A DNA stretch of 64,000 nt from Acidobacteriota bacterium (lineage in GTDB: Bacteria > Acidobacteriota > Terriglobia > Bryobacterales > Bryobacteraceae): assembly GCA_037446555.1 (NCBI GenBank), contig JBBIIK010000017.1:4067-68066 (forward strand). The letters are read 5' to 3'. Positions within the stretch are counted from its first letter, which is position 1. Every line of letters starts with the position of its first letter. Below the pieces are notes generated by a model, which saw only the letters and a program-made list of their open reading frames with translations, did no database searches and was not told the origin of the DNA. Position numbers and translations under genes: made by a program. This document shows positions 42,531-51,158 of the stretch, piece after piece.

Positions 42531-43565
42531 TCAGCCGAGCTTCGGCGGCAGCTCGGTCAGGGGCCCCTTCCACTGGAGCATCCGGTCGAGGTCGGCGTGG
42601 AGGCGGTACTCGCGGCGCACGGAGTCGAGGTTTTCTCCGCGCAGCTCGATGCGTGCGCGGTCCCAGACGCCCACGCCGGTCTCGCCGCACCATTGCAGGT
42701 AGCCGAGGTGTTCGGGATCGATGCCCATGGCTTCGGCGCCGATGCGGTCCGCGGCGACCATGTCGGTGGAGGCGATGGCGATGCGGTGGTCGACGGGCGT
42801 GCCGGAATTCGGCCCGTTGCCCTCCATGCCTTCGAAGCCGTCCAGCACGCCGATGCCCCAGTTGCGGCAGAGCCGCTGCGCGGTGAGCAGGATGTCGTAA
42901 TGCGTCTGGCGCACGCCGCCGTGGTAGACGCGCTTGTCGTTCCAGCGGGGCGTCTCGCCGCGGCGGTAGTGAAGCGGCGCGCCGAGCGCCATGTTCTTGA
43001 TGTTGAGCGTGGCGATCACGGTGTTGTGCGTCTTGAGCATGGCGCTGGAGATGACGAACGCCTCGGGATCGCACAGCCGTTTGGCGAGCCGCACGGGCTG
43101 GATGTGCAGATCGCCGTTGAGGATGTGGAGCACTTCGTACTGCCCCTCCTCGTTGAGGTCCACCAACTCGACCCTCATGCCCTTGTGGTCGCGGATGGCC
43201 TCTTCGTAACGGAAGTTGGCGTAGCCCTCCGTGGTGAAGCCGGCGGAGGACTCGGCGATGTAGACGGGGCCCTTCCAGCGGTCGGCGAGATAGTCGAGGA
43301 TGCCTTGCAGCGCGTCCACGTGGGTGGAGGCGAGCTGGCGCGCGGTGTTGACGATGTTGGGCTTGATGATGACGGACTTCTTGCCGGCGAGCTTCTGCCG
43401 GATGTCGCGGTCGAGCAGCCGGAGCGCGGCGTGGATGTTCTGGCGCCGGCTTTCACCGCGGACAAGGGAGACGGGCGCCTGAGAAGCGGCGCCCGGAAGA
43501 CGCCGTGCCGCCAGAAGGCCGGCGGATGCGCCGAGCAGGGACCGTCGGGTAACTTTGTGCTCCAT
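42531..43565 (-). CDS. Tat-signal DUF362-domain protein
   Basis: MEHKVTRRSLLGASAGLLAARRL is a twin-arginine signal. KSVIIKPNIV and the later HNTVIATLNIKNMALG are typical of DUF362. Confidence 0.65.
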   Translation of the reverse strand: MEHKVTRRSLLGASAGLLAARRLPGAASQAPVSLVRGESRRQNIHAALRLLDRDIRQKLAGKKSVIIKPNIVNTARQLASTHVDALQGILDYLADRWKGPVYIAESSAGFTTEGYANFRYEEAIRDHKGMRVELVDLNEEGQYEVLHILNGDLHIQPVRLAKRLCDPEAFVISSAMLKTHNTVIATLNIKNMALGAPLHYRRGETPRWNDKRVYHGGVRQTHYDILLTAQRLCRNWGIGVLDGFEGMEGNGPNSGTPVDHRIAIASTDMVAADRIGAEAMGIDPEHLGYLQWCGETGVGVWDRARIELRGENLDSVRREYRLHADLDRMLQWKGPLTELPPKLG

Positions 43566-43628
43566 AAATTACGCCTCTGGTTGTATAGTATGATCAGACC
43601 GGATTCTCTGTAAAGGAGGCATTTCTTC

Positions 43629-44750
43629 ATGCAGGCGACACGGCGTGGATTTCTGGCGGGGACGGCGCTGCTGGTAGGGCCCCGCTCGTTGAAGGCGGCG
43701 CCCGGCGAGATGCTGAAGCGGAAGCTCGGCAAGACGGGCCTGGAGCCGACCCTGCTGGGATTCGGCTGTATGACGACCACCGACGCCACGGTGATCGAGC
43801 AGGCGGCGGATGCGGGCGTGAACTGGTTTGACACGGCGCGTGGCTACCAGAACGGCAACAACGAGCGCATGGTGGGCGCGGCGCTGAAGAGCCGACGGCA
43901 GAAGCTTCACATCACCACCAAAACGCCGGCGCGGAACAAGGCGGACGCGCTGGCGCACCTCGACACGTCGCTGCGCGAGCTGCAGACGGACCATGTGGAC
44001 GTCTGGTATCTGCACAACCGGTCGAATCCCTCCGATTGCCCGGACGAGCTGTTCGACGCGCAGGACGAGGCGGTGAAAGCGGGCAAAGCCCGCTTCCGCG
44101 GGGTGAGCTTCCATGCCAACCACGAGCAGATGTTCCGGTTCCTGATCGACAAGGGGCGGACGGAGGTGATCCTGGTGAGCTACAACTTCGCCATGGGGGA
44201 CAAGATCGAGCCGCTGATGAAGGAGGCGTCGGACAAGGGCATCGGGATTGTGGCGATGAAGGTGATGGCGGGCGGCTACCGGCGGTTGCGGGAAGGCGAC
44301 CCGATGCGGGAGAAGATGGCGCGCCCGGGGGCGTTTGCGGCGGCGCTGAAGTGGGCGGTGCGGCGCCCGTTTGTGCACACGTCGATCCCGGGCATTCTGG
44401 ATCTGGACCAACTCGACGAGAACTGGCGCGCGGTGGTGGCGGGCTGGAAGCCGGAGGCGGACGGGAAGCTCCTGGCGGCGCAGATGGACCTGATCGGCCC
44501 CGTATACTGCCGCTCCTGCGGCGCCTGCACGGGCGCCTGCCCGAAGGGGCTGCCGGTGAGCGACATGATCCGCTATGTGACCTACGCCGACGGGTACGGC
44601 GAGTTCGCGCTGGGGCGGGATCAGTTCCGGCTGCTGCCAGAGAGGGTGCGCGAGGCGCGGTGCTCGGACTGCGCGGTATGCGCGGTGCGGTGCCCGAACG
44701 GCGTGCAGGTGGCGCGGCAGGTGGCGCGGGCGCAGGAGCTGTTCGCATGA
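43629..44750 (+). CDS. Tat-signal aldo/keto reductase fused to C-terminal 2x[4Fe-4S] ferredoxin motifs
   Basis: AAAGGAGG lies 9 nt upstream. TRRGFLAGTALLVG is the Tat motif. AKR N-terminus LKRKLGKTGLEPTLLGFGCM. Two CxxCxxCxxxCP motifs (CRSCGACTGACP, CSDCAVCAVRCP). Confidence 0.8.
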   Translation: MQATRRGFLAGTALLVGPRSLKAAPGEMLKRKLGKTGLEPTLLGFGCMTTTDATVIEQAADAGVNWFDTARGYQNGNNERMVGAALKSRRQKLHITTKTPARNKADALAHLDTSLRELQTDHVDVWYLHNRSNPSDCPDELFDAQDEAVKAGKARFRGVSFHANHEQMFRFLIDKGRTEVILVSYNFAMGDKIEPLMKEASDKGIGIVAMKVMAGGYRRLREGDPMREKMARPGAFAAALKWAVRRPFVHTSIPGILDLDQLDENWRAVVAGWKPEADGKLLAAQMDLIGPVYCRSCGACTGACPKGLPVSDMIRYVTYADGYGEFALGRDQFRLLPERVREARCSDCAVCAVRCPNGVQVARQVARAQELFA

Positions 44751-45568
44751 GGGCGGCGGCGTTTTTGCTGGCGTCTCTTGCGGTGTTCGCGCAGAAGCCG
44801 GACTGTTCGATCGTGCCGGGCGCGAAGCAGCAGGGCGAGGCGCGCGAGTTCGACACCGACACGCTGTACGAGTACATGAACGGCAATTCGGAGGGCTACT
44901 TCCTTTACGGGTTCCGCAAAATGCACGGCGTCACCTGCCAGGCGGGGCAGGTGACGCTGATCGTCGACCTGAGCGAGTTCGCCTCGCCCGAGCACGCCTA
45001 TGGAATGTTCACCGGCAACTTCGATCCGCGGCTGCCGGTGGAGAAGATCGGCGCGGGCGGGCAGGCGACGCCGCGGAAAGTGATTTTCGCGAAGGGCCAT
45101 TACTTCGCCGAGATCGCGGCGGAGCCGGAAGGAGAGCACACGGAGCTGCTGCGGAAGGCGGCTCTCGAGTGGGCTTCCCGGCTGCCGGGCGGCACGGCGC
45201 CGCCGGCGGCGCTGGGCTGGTTTCCGAAAGAGGGCGTCCAGCCGGGCTTCCCGCGGCTGGTGCCTCAGAGCGTGCTCGGGCTGCGGCTGCTGCGGCGCGG
45301 TTACTTGGCGCAGTACGGCTACGGCCGCGCGGTGGTGGTGGAGGAAGGCTCGCCGGAAGCGGCGCGCGGCGTGTTGGAGAAGCTGAAGGAGCGATTTTCG
45401 CCCAACGAGCCGCTGGCAGGCGGAGTGGAGGGCTTCACTGCGCAAGACCGGTTCCTGGGGCGCGTGTGCTTCTTCCTGAAGGGATCGAGGATCGGCGGTT
45501 GGACGAACGTGCAGGAGGGGCGGAACCCGGCGGAGCTGGCAGCGGGGCTCTCCGGGCGGATGCCCTGA
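44747..45568 (+). CDS. hypothetical secreted protein (273 aa)
   Basis: ATG overlaps the upstream TGA (ATGA). Signal peptide MRAAAFLLASLAVFAQ. No recognisable motifs. The track ORF from 44036 is an out-of-frame extension through the AKR gene. Confidence 0.5.
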   Translation: MRAAAFLLASLAVFAQKPDCSIVPGAKQQGEAREFDTDTLYEYMNGNSEGYFLYGFRKMHGVTCQAGQVTLIVDLSEFASPEHAYGMFTGNFDPRLPVEKIGAGGQATPRKVIFAKGHYFAEIAAEPEGEHTELLRKAALEWASRLPGGTAPPAALGWFPKEGVQPGFPRLVPQSVLGLRLLRRGYLAQYGYGRAVVVEEGSPEAARGVLEKLKERFSPNEPLAGGVEGFTAQDRFLGRVCFFLKGSRIGGWTNVQEGRNPAELAAGLSGRMP

Positions 45569-45607
45569 GGGCAGTCCGGAGGAAGCCGGGGAGGGAAGAT
45601 AAGAAGA

Positions 45608-45645
45608 CCGCACGGCCTGAGTCCGTGGCGGACCGGGCCGTGCGG
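45608..45645. terminator. perfect 10-bp GC-rich hairpin between convergent genes (possible bidirectional terminator)
   Basis: ccgcacggcc (45608-45617) pairs with ggccgtgcgg (45636-45645). The 18-nt loop can itself form gtcc/ggac pairs. It lies 40 nt after the 45568 stop and 22 nt after the 45668 stop. Confidence 0.45.
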
Positions 45646-45667
45646 CAAGTCTGAGCACAGGAGTTGC

Positions 45668-48600
45668 TCAGAAGTCGTAGCGGAGCGCTGCCTGGATGAC
45701 GCGGGCGCTGCCGACGGTGCTGGAGATTCGTCCGACCGTCTGCGGCGTGGTGATGGTGGCGCCGGGCAGGCCGAAGTTCACGTTGTTGAAAGTGTTGTAC
45801 ATCTCCCAGCGGAAGGTGGCGCGGTGCTGTTCGCCCCACGGCATCTTGAACCGCTTGACGATGGAGGTGTCGAAGTTGAGGAAGCGCGGGCCGCGGAAGG
45901 AATTGCGGCCGGACGTGCCCATCTCGCCGGCAGCGGGGAAGGCGGAAGCGGCGGTAAGCGCGGCGATCTGTTCGGAGGTGAAGTACCACACGGCGCCGTC
46001 GCGCCGCTGGACGGAGCCGATGTTGCGGTCGCCGCTGTAGTTGATCCATGTGGTTGCCGTGGAGGGGCCTGTGAGGCGGCCCGAGGACATGGTGAAGACG
46101 CTGCCGGACTGCCAGTTCCCGAGCACGCCGAGGTCCCAGCCGCCGAACAGGGCGTTGAGGACCGGGTGAACGTCGGACATCCAGCGGCGGCCGCGTCCGA
46201 ACGGGAGCGTGTAGGTGCCGGACCAGTTGAACACGTGGGGGCGGTCGGCGACGCCGCGGCTCTTGTTGAGAGCCATGTTGTAGTTGTCGATGGGGGCCGT
46301 GAAGCCGTTGCCATCAGCACTGCCGTTGTCGAGCGACTTGGAGAACGTGTAATTCAGCTCGAACTTCAGCGCGCCCATGGTGCGGCGGAAGCTCATCTGA
46401 AGCGAGTCATACCAGCTCGAGCCGTCCTGGGTTCCCAGCAGAACCAGGTTGTACTGCGGGAAGTTGCGCAGATAGAACGGCGAGATGCCGGCGGCGGTGT
46501 AGAGAGTGTAGTTGTTGCGGTCCAGGTTGTTGGCCGCCGTGTTGGCCAGCTGCTGCTGGACGGTGGTGGCGCCGAGGCGGCTGATGACCGCCTGCGGGGT
46601 GCCGAAGATGCGCACGAGGGTGTTGGTGGCCGAGGGGGCGGCGCCGGTGCGCTGGAAGTTGACGATTTCGCGGAAGGCGTTCAGGAAGTCGCCGTAGATG
46701 CGGGGCTGGTTGACGTCGACCCAATTGAAAAGCTTGATGCCGCGCGTGCGGACATACGAGACATCGAGGATCGTGTTGCGCATCAGCTCGCGCTGGATGC
46801 TGAGGTTGTAGTGCTGCACGTAGCCAGTGCGCAGATTGGGGCCAAAGACGACGATGGAGGTCTGACGGTTGGTGGGGAGAACAAGCTGCGGTGCGGGCGG
46901 CGCAGCGGGCAGCGCCGGGTTGTCGCGGACGCGGACATCGGATCCGGCGGCAGTGTTGGGGAAGGTTTGCACGGTCTGGGCGAAGCCGGGGGTGTTGCCA
47001 TCCACGAGGCTCGCCGTGGCGCCGATCATGCGGTCATAGAAGACGCCCCAGCTGCCGCGGACCGCCCACTTGCCGTTGCCGGTGGGATCCCAGGCGAAGC
47101 CGACGCGGGGCGCGAAGTTGTTCTTGTCGGTGTTGTACCAGCCGGAGGCGCGCTGAATTTCGGTGTTGTCGAGCTGGTTGAAGTAGCCGATCTGTTCGAT
47201 CTGCTTCAGCGTTCCCTGAAGGCGGTCCCGTTCGGTAGGGGCGCCGAAGATCTCATAGCGGATGCCGACGTTCACGGTCAGGTTGCGCGCGATCTTCCAG
47301 TCGTCCTGGACGAAGCCTGCCCAGTCGCGGAAAAACGTGTTGCGGACGCGCGGCTGGCCGGCGGGCTGGAACTGCTGAAGGTCGGAGTAGAAGGTCGTGG
47401 TGATGTTGCCGACACGGCCGAGGATGTCGTTGTAAAGGTTCTCGAACCGCTGGCGGTCGGCGGAGCTGATCGCGGAGCCCGACGGGCCGATGGACAGAGG
47501 CGGGACGTTGTTGTTGGCCGTGGACAGGCTGATGTTGGGGTAGATGCCGGCCGCGTTGTAGCCCCACTGGAGCGTGCGCTTGAAGGTGAAGCCGGTCTTG
47601 AACGTGTGCTTGCCCTTCATCCAGGTGAGGTTCTCAGTGAGATCAATGACTGGCGAATTCCGGCCCTGCGGGAAGTTGGGCAGGATCGGGTTGGTGTAGG
47701 AGATGGTGAGTACCTGGGGGCCGGCGACGCGGGCGGGGCGGCGGAAGTCAACACTGGCCGACTGGTAGCCGACGCGGAGTTCGTTCACCAGGGAGGAGGT
47801 GATGGCCCAGTCGGATCCGATCGAGTAGCCCCATCGGATGCCGCCCTGCGTGCCCTGGGGCTGTCCGGGGAAGGTGGCGTCGGCGCCATTGAGCTGATCG
47901 ATGAAGTCATTCTTGAACCAGCTGTGGCGGTAAAAGACGCGGTGCGTGGAAGAGACGTTGTAATCGCCGCGGATGGTGAACTGGTGCGTGTCGAAGCCGG
48001 CGGGGTTATTGAAGCGGAAGCCGGCGGTGTTGAGCCCGTCGCCGACGTCGGTGTTGTTCGGCGCGGGGAGCATATCGATCAGCTTCTTGGTGGCCGGATC
48101 GAATCCAAGCGCGCGGGGATCGTTTGCGACGATGTTGAAGGACTGGACCGAGCCGCCGCCCGGAGGCGTCCAACGGAAGATTCCCTGCTTGGCCTCATTG
48201 GTGAGCACGGTGCGGTTGCGGACGACTTCCTGCGCGGTACGGACGCTCTGCCAGTTGCCGAAGACGAACCACTTCTCCTTGAGGATGGGGCCGCCGATCG
48301 ACGCGCCAAACGTGTTCTGGATGAACTTGGGGCGGGCGACGCCGCTGGCATTGTTGAAGAAGTTGTTGGCGTTGAGCTTGGTGTTGCGGAGGAACTCGAA
48401 GGCGTTGCCGTGCCACTGGTTGGTGCCGGAGCGTGTGATCATCTCGATCTGCCCGCCGGCGTTGCGCCCGTATTCGGCCTTGCCGCCGTTGGTGATGACG
48501 CGGAACTCCTCGATCGAGTCGACATTGAAGGCGGTCAGGGACAAGCCGAGGCGGGGCACGACCGCGTCGTTGGCGTCGATGCCGTCGAGGCGGGCGTTGT

Positions 48601-49153
48601 TGGAGCCCTGCCGGGTGCCGTTGACGCGCGAGAAGGTGTTGTCGCCGGGATTGATGGACACTCCCGGCGTGTAGGGAACCAGCGCCATCGGGTTGCGCGC
48701 GAGCTGCGGTAGGGTGTCAATGTCGCGGAGAGTGACGCTGCGGCCGACCTGGGCGTCGGAGGTGTTGACTCGGATCGCGCTAGCCTCCACTGTGACGCTT
48801 TCGGCCAAAGACCCCACCTCGAGCTGGACGTCCTGCCGGATGGTGACTGCCACGTTGAGCTCGATGTTCTCCACCTGCGCCTTGCGGAAGCCGGGCGCTT
48901 CCACCGACAGCGAATAATTGCTGGCGGGAAGAGAGGGGAACAAGAAGTAACCGATTTCGTTCGTGGTAGCCGAAACAGAGACGCCGGTGCGGTTGTTGCG
49001 AACCGAGACGCTGGCGTTCGGGACGACAGCGCCAGCGGGGTCGGTGATCACTCCCTCGATTCGGCCGTTAGACACTTGCGCCGCTGCCATGCCGGGGAGG
49101 AGAACGGCAAAAGCGACGGCGCCGATCAGACCAAGCGCGTTGCGAAAGTGCAT
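45668..49153 (-). CDS. TonB-dependent outer-membrane receptor with N-terminal carboxypeptidase-regulatory-like domain (1,161 aa)
   Basis: Signal peptide MHFRNALGLIGAVAFAVLLPGMAAAQ. GRIEGVITDPAGAVVPNASVSVRN...YFLFPSLPASNYSLSVEAPGF is the CarboxypepD_reg pattern. Plug-like VNGTRQGSNNARLDGIDAND. Terminal ...ALRYDF ends in an aromatic residue. GGAG lies 9 nt before the ATG. Confidence 0.85.
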   Translation of the reverse strand: MHFRNALGLIGAVAFAVLLPGMAAAQVSNGRIEGVITDPAGAVVPNASVSVRNNRTGVSVSATTNEIGYFLFPSLPASNYSLSVEAPGFRKAQVENIELNVAVTIRQDVQLEVGSLAESVTVEASAIRVNTSDAQVGRSVTLRDIDTLPQLARNPMALVPYTPGVSINPGDNTFSRVNGTRQGSNNARLDGIDANDAVVPRLGLSLTAFNVDSIEEFRVITNGGKAEYGRNAGGQIEMITRSGTNQWHGNAFEFLRNTKLNANNFFNNASGVARPKFIQNTFGASIGGPILKEKWFVFGNWQSVRTAQEVVRNRTVLTNEAKQGIFRWTPPGGGSVQSFNIVANDPRALGFDPATKKLIDMLPAPNNTDVGDGLNTAGFRFNNPAGFDTHQFTIRGDYNVSSTHRVFYRHSWFKNDFIDQLNGADATFPGQPQGTQGGIRWGYSIGSDWAITSSLVNELRVGYQSASVDFRRPARVAGPQVLTISYTNPILPNFPQGRNSPVIDLTENLTWMKGKHTFKTGFTFKRTLQWGYNAAGIYPNISLSTANNNVPPLSIGPSGSAISSADRQRFENLYNDILGRVGNITTTFYSDLQQFQPAGQPRVRNTFFRDWAGFVQDDWKIARNLTVNVGIRYEIFGAPTERDRLQGTLKQIEQIGYFNQLDNTEIQRASGWYNTDKNNFAPRVGFAWDPTGNGKWAVRGSWGVFYDRMIGATASLVDGNTPGFAQTVQTFPNTAAGSDVRVRDNPALPAAPPAPQLVLPTNRQTSIVVFGPNLRTGYVQHYNLSIQRELMRNTILDVSYVRTRGIKLFNWVDVNQPRIYGDFLNAFREIVNFQRTGAAPSATNTLVRIFGTPQAVISRLGATTVQQQLANTAANNLDRNNYTLYTAAGISPFYLRNFPQYNLVLLGTQDGSSWYDSLQMSFRRTMGALKFELNYTFSKSLDNGSADGNGFTAPIDNYNMALNKSRGVADRPHVFNWSGTYTLPFGRGRRWMSDVHPVLNALFGGWDLGVLGNWQSGSVFTMSSGRLTGPSTATTWINYSGDRNIGSVQRRDGAVWYFTSEQIAALTAASAFPAAGEMGTSGRNSFRGPRFLNFDTSIVKRFKMPWGEQHRATFRWEMYNTFNNVNFGLPGATITTPQTVGRISSTVGSARVIQAALRYDF

Positions 49154-49562
49154 TTCCGAAGGCTCCTTCGTTGCAATCCTTGTTGGCCTGGCGGCTGGAG
49201 ACCGCCGCCGCGCCTCTGTCCGGACGTTCCGTAGAGGCCGCGATGGCCGGCTCCGAGCGTGGGAGAGTGGCGACGTAGCCCCTGTTCGCACCCCGGAATC
49301 CCCAACGATCAAGCCCAGATGGGCAGATTTTAACATGAGTAAATTCCTTCCGTGCCAGCGGGTTAGAGGATTGTTGCCATGAAATTTCTTTCACCTGAGG
49401 GGCGGAGGGGCAAGGTTTTGTGCAACCCCCGGAGTGTGCGCCAAGTCCAAGGAACTGAACGCCGGTTTTTCTGGCGTTGTTCTATACTAAATGCTGGGCA
49501 TGAGTCGGGCGGCGGCTGCCTCCGGCGGCCCGCTGAGCTGGGGCGAGCAGGAAAACTTCGAC

Positions 49563-50849
49563 ATGAACAGCCGATTTCAATACACGCTGGTGACCATTTC
49601 CGGCCTACTCGTAGCGCTGTTGCTGGTGGGGGTGTTGTTCGGGCAGAACCGCACCGCGCCCGCCACGGACCCCTACCGGCATCTGAACGTCCTGACGGAA
49701 GTGCTGGCGAAGATCAAGTCTGATTATGTGGAAGAGCCGGACATGAAGAGCGTCTCGCTGGGGGCGGTGAACGGGCTGCTGGTGTCGATGGATCCGTTCG
49801 CCTGCTACCTGAACGCGGATCAGTACAAGCAATATCTGAAGACGCTGGAGAACCCTCGCGCGGGCGTGGGCTTGATCCTGAGCCGAAAGTACGGTTACGA
49901 GATCGGCGTGGTGGACGCGATCCCCGGCTCGCCGGCGGACAAGGCGGGCTTGACCACGGGCGACATCATTGAGGCGATCAACGGCATTCAGACGCGCGAC
50001 ATGCCGCTGGCCTTTGCGGACGTGCTGCTGCATGGGGAGCCCGGAACCACCGTGGAGCTCAAGGTGCTGCGGCTGAGCCGGCCGGAGCCGGTGAAGGTGA
50101 CGCTGACGCGTGCCGTTGTGACGCCTCCCGCGATGGCGTCGAAAATGCTGGACGGGGAAACCGGCTACGTGGAGGTGGTCGACCTGCGGGCAGGCAAGGC
50201 GGCGGCCGTCGCGGGAGCCGTGCGTGAATTGACGGCCAAGGGGGCCAGAAAGCTGGTGCTGGACCTGCGCCATTCGGCGATGAGCGTGCCGGAGGAGGGC
50301 GTAGCGCTGGCGAATCTGTTTCTCGACAAGGGCGCCATCGCCACGCTCGAGGGGCAGAAGGTAAAGAAGCAGGTTTTTGAAGCGGACGCGGCGAAGGCGG
50401 TGTTCCGGGGACCGCTGGTGGTGTTGACCAACCGCGGCACCACGGGCGCGGCGGAGGTGGCGGCAGCGGCACTGGCGGCGAACAAGAGGGCCGAGATCGT
50501 GGGCGAACGCACTTACGGGGATGCGGCGCTGCGCAAGGCCGTTCCGACAGGAGACGGCGGCGCGGTACTGCTGGCTGTAGCCAAGTATTACACGCCCGAG
50601 GGCAAGGCGATCAGCGAGACTTCCGTGCTGCCGCAGCATCAGGTGGCCGACTTCGAGCCGCAGACCTTTGACGAGGACACGCCGGGGGCGGCCGCGCCGG
50701 CGGCGCAGGATCTCCGGCAGCCCGAGCGCAAGGAAGATGCTGTTCTGAAGAAAGCGCTCGAGGTTTTGGCGGGAAAGACGGTGCAGGCGATGGCAGCGCC
50801 GTCCAACGCGCCGGCCAGGCGCGGCGCCACGCTCCACAAAGGGGTTTGA
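49563..50849 (+). CDS. S41 (C-terminal processing peptidase)-family homologue with PDZ domain, catalytic residues substituted
   Basis: N-terminal TM anchor (YTLVTISGLLVALLLVGVLF). PDZ (GSPADKAGLTTGDIIEAINGIQT). S41 core PLVVLTNRGTTGAAEVAAAALAANKRAEIVGERTYGDAALRK...AKYYTPEGKAI. The canonical SASASE and FGKG are replaced by TTGAAE and YGDA. Confidence 0.7.
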   Translation: MNSRFQYTLVTISGLLVALLLVGVLFGQNRTAPATDPYRHLNVLTEVLAKIKSDYVEEPDMKSVSLGAVNGLLVSMDPFACYLNADQYKQYLKTLENPRAGVGLILSRKYGYEIGVVDAIPGSPADKAGLTTGDIIEAINGIQTRDMPLAFADVLLHGEPGTTVELKVLRLSRPEPVKVTLTRAVVTPPAMASKMLDGETGYVEVVDLRAGKAAAVAGAVRELTAKGARKLVLDLRHSAMSVPEEGVALANLFLDKGAIATLEGQKVKKQVFEADAAKAVFRGPLVVLTNRGTTGAAEVAAAALAANKRAEIVGERTYGDAALRKAVPTGDGGAVLLAVAKYYTPEGKAISETSVLPQHQVADFEPQTFDEDTPGAAAPAAQDLRQPERKEDAVLKKALEVLAGKTVQAMAAPSNAPARRGATLHKGV

Positions 50850-50858
50850 GTTTCAGCC

Positions 50859-51149
50859 ATGCCACTGTACGAATACAAGTGCGACCAGTGCCAGCAAGTT
50901 TTCGAGGTGATGCAGAAGTTCGGCGACGCCCCGCTGGAGACGCATGAAGGGTGCGGCGGCACGGTGAAGCGGCTGATCTCTGCGCCTGCGATCCAGTTCA
51001 AGGGCTCTGGCTGGTACATCACCGATTACGCGCGCTCCGGCGGGAACGGCGGCCAGGGAAGCAACGGGAAGAGCAGCGCCTCAGGCAACGGCAAGGAGTC
51101 CGGCGAGAAGTCGCCGGCCTCAAGCAGCGAAACCCCCGCCAAAAGCTAA
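50859..51149 (+). CDS. FmdB-family zinc-ribbon protein
   Basis: MPLYEYKCDQCQQVFEV...HEGCGGTVKRLISAP is the CxxC...CxxT zinc-ribbon signature (TIGR02605-like). G/S-rich tail. Confidence 0.8.
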   Translation: MPLYEYKCDQCQQVFEVMQKFGDAPLETHEGCGGTVKRLISAPAIQFKGSGWYITDYARSGGNGGQGSNGKSSASGNGKESGEKSPASSSETPAKS

Positions 51150-51158
51150 GGCGTTCCG

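Noticed and set aside
49154-49340. Possible cobalamin riboswitch in the ~190-nt leader of the 45668-49153 TonB receptor. The minus strand reads GGGGAUUCCGGGGUGCGAACAGGGGCUACGUCGCCACUCU, reminiscent of GGGAA..GGUGCGAA..CCCGC.ACUGU. There is also a GGAGACC (B12-box-like) at ~49197-49203 on the plus strand.
   Set aside because: On the receptor's own strand I cannot find the B12 box (AGYCAGGAGACCKGCC) or the GCCACUG...GGGAAGGC element. The GGAGACC match is on the wrong strand. The leader is GC-rich and hairpin-prone (GCCUCU...AGAGGC, GGCGGC...GCCGCC) but not assignable. A covariance-model scan (Rfam RF00174) would settle it.
49455-49488. Candidate promoter for the S41-homologue gene (TATACT at 49483-49488 with CTGAAC at 49455-49460).
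   Set aside because: The spacer would be 22 nt, too long for a sigma70-type promoter, and no better -35 is present. I note only that 49320-49500 is comparatively AT-rich, as expected for a divergent control region.
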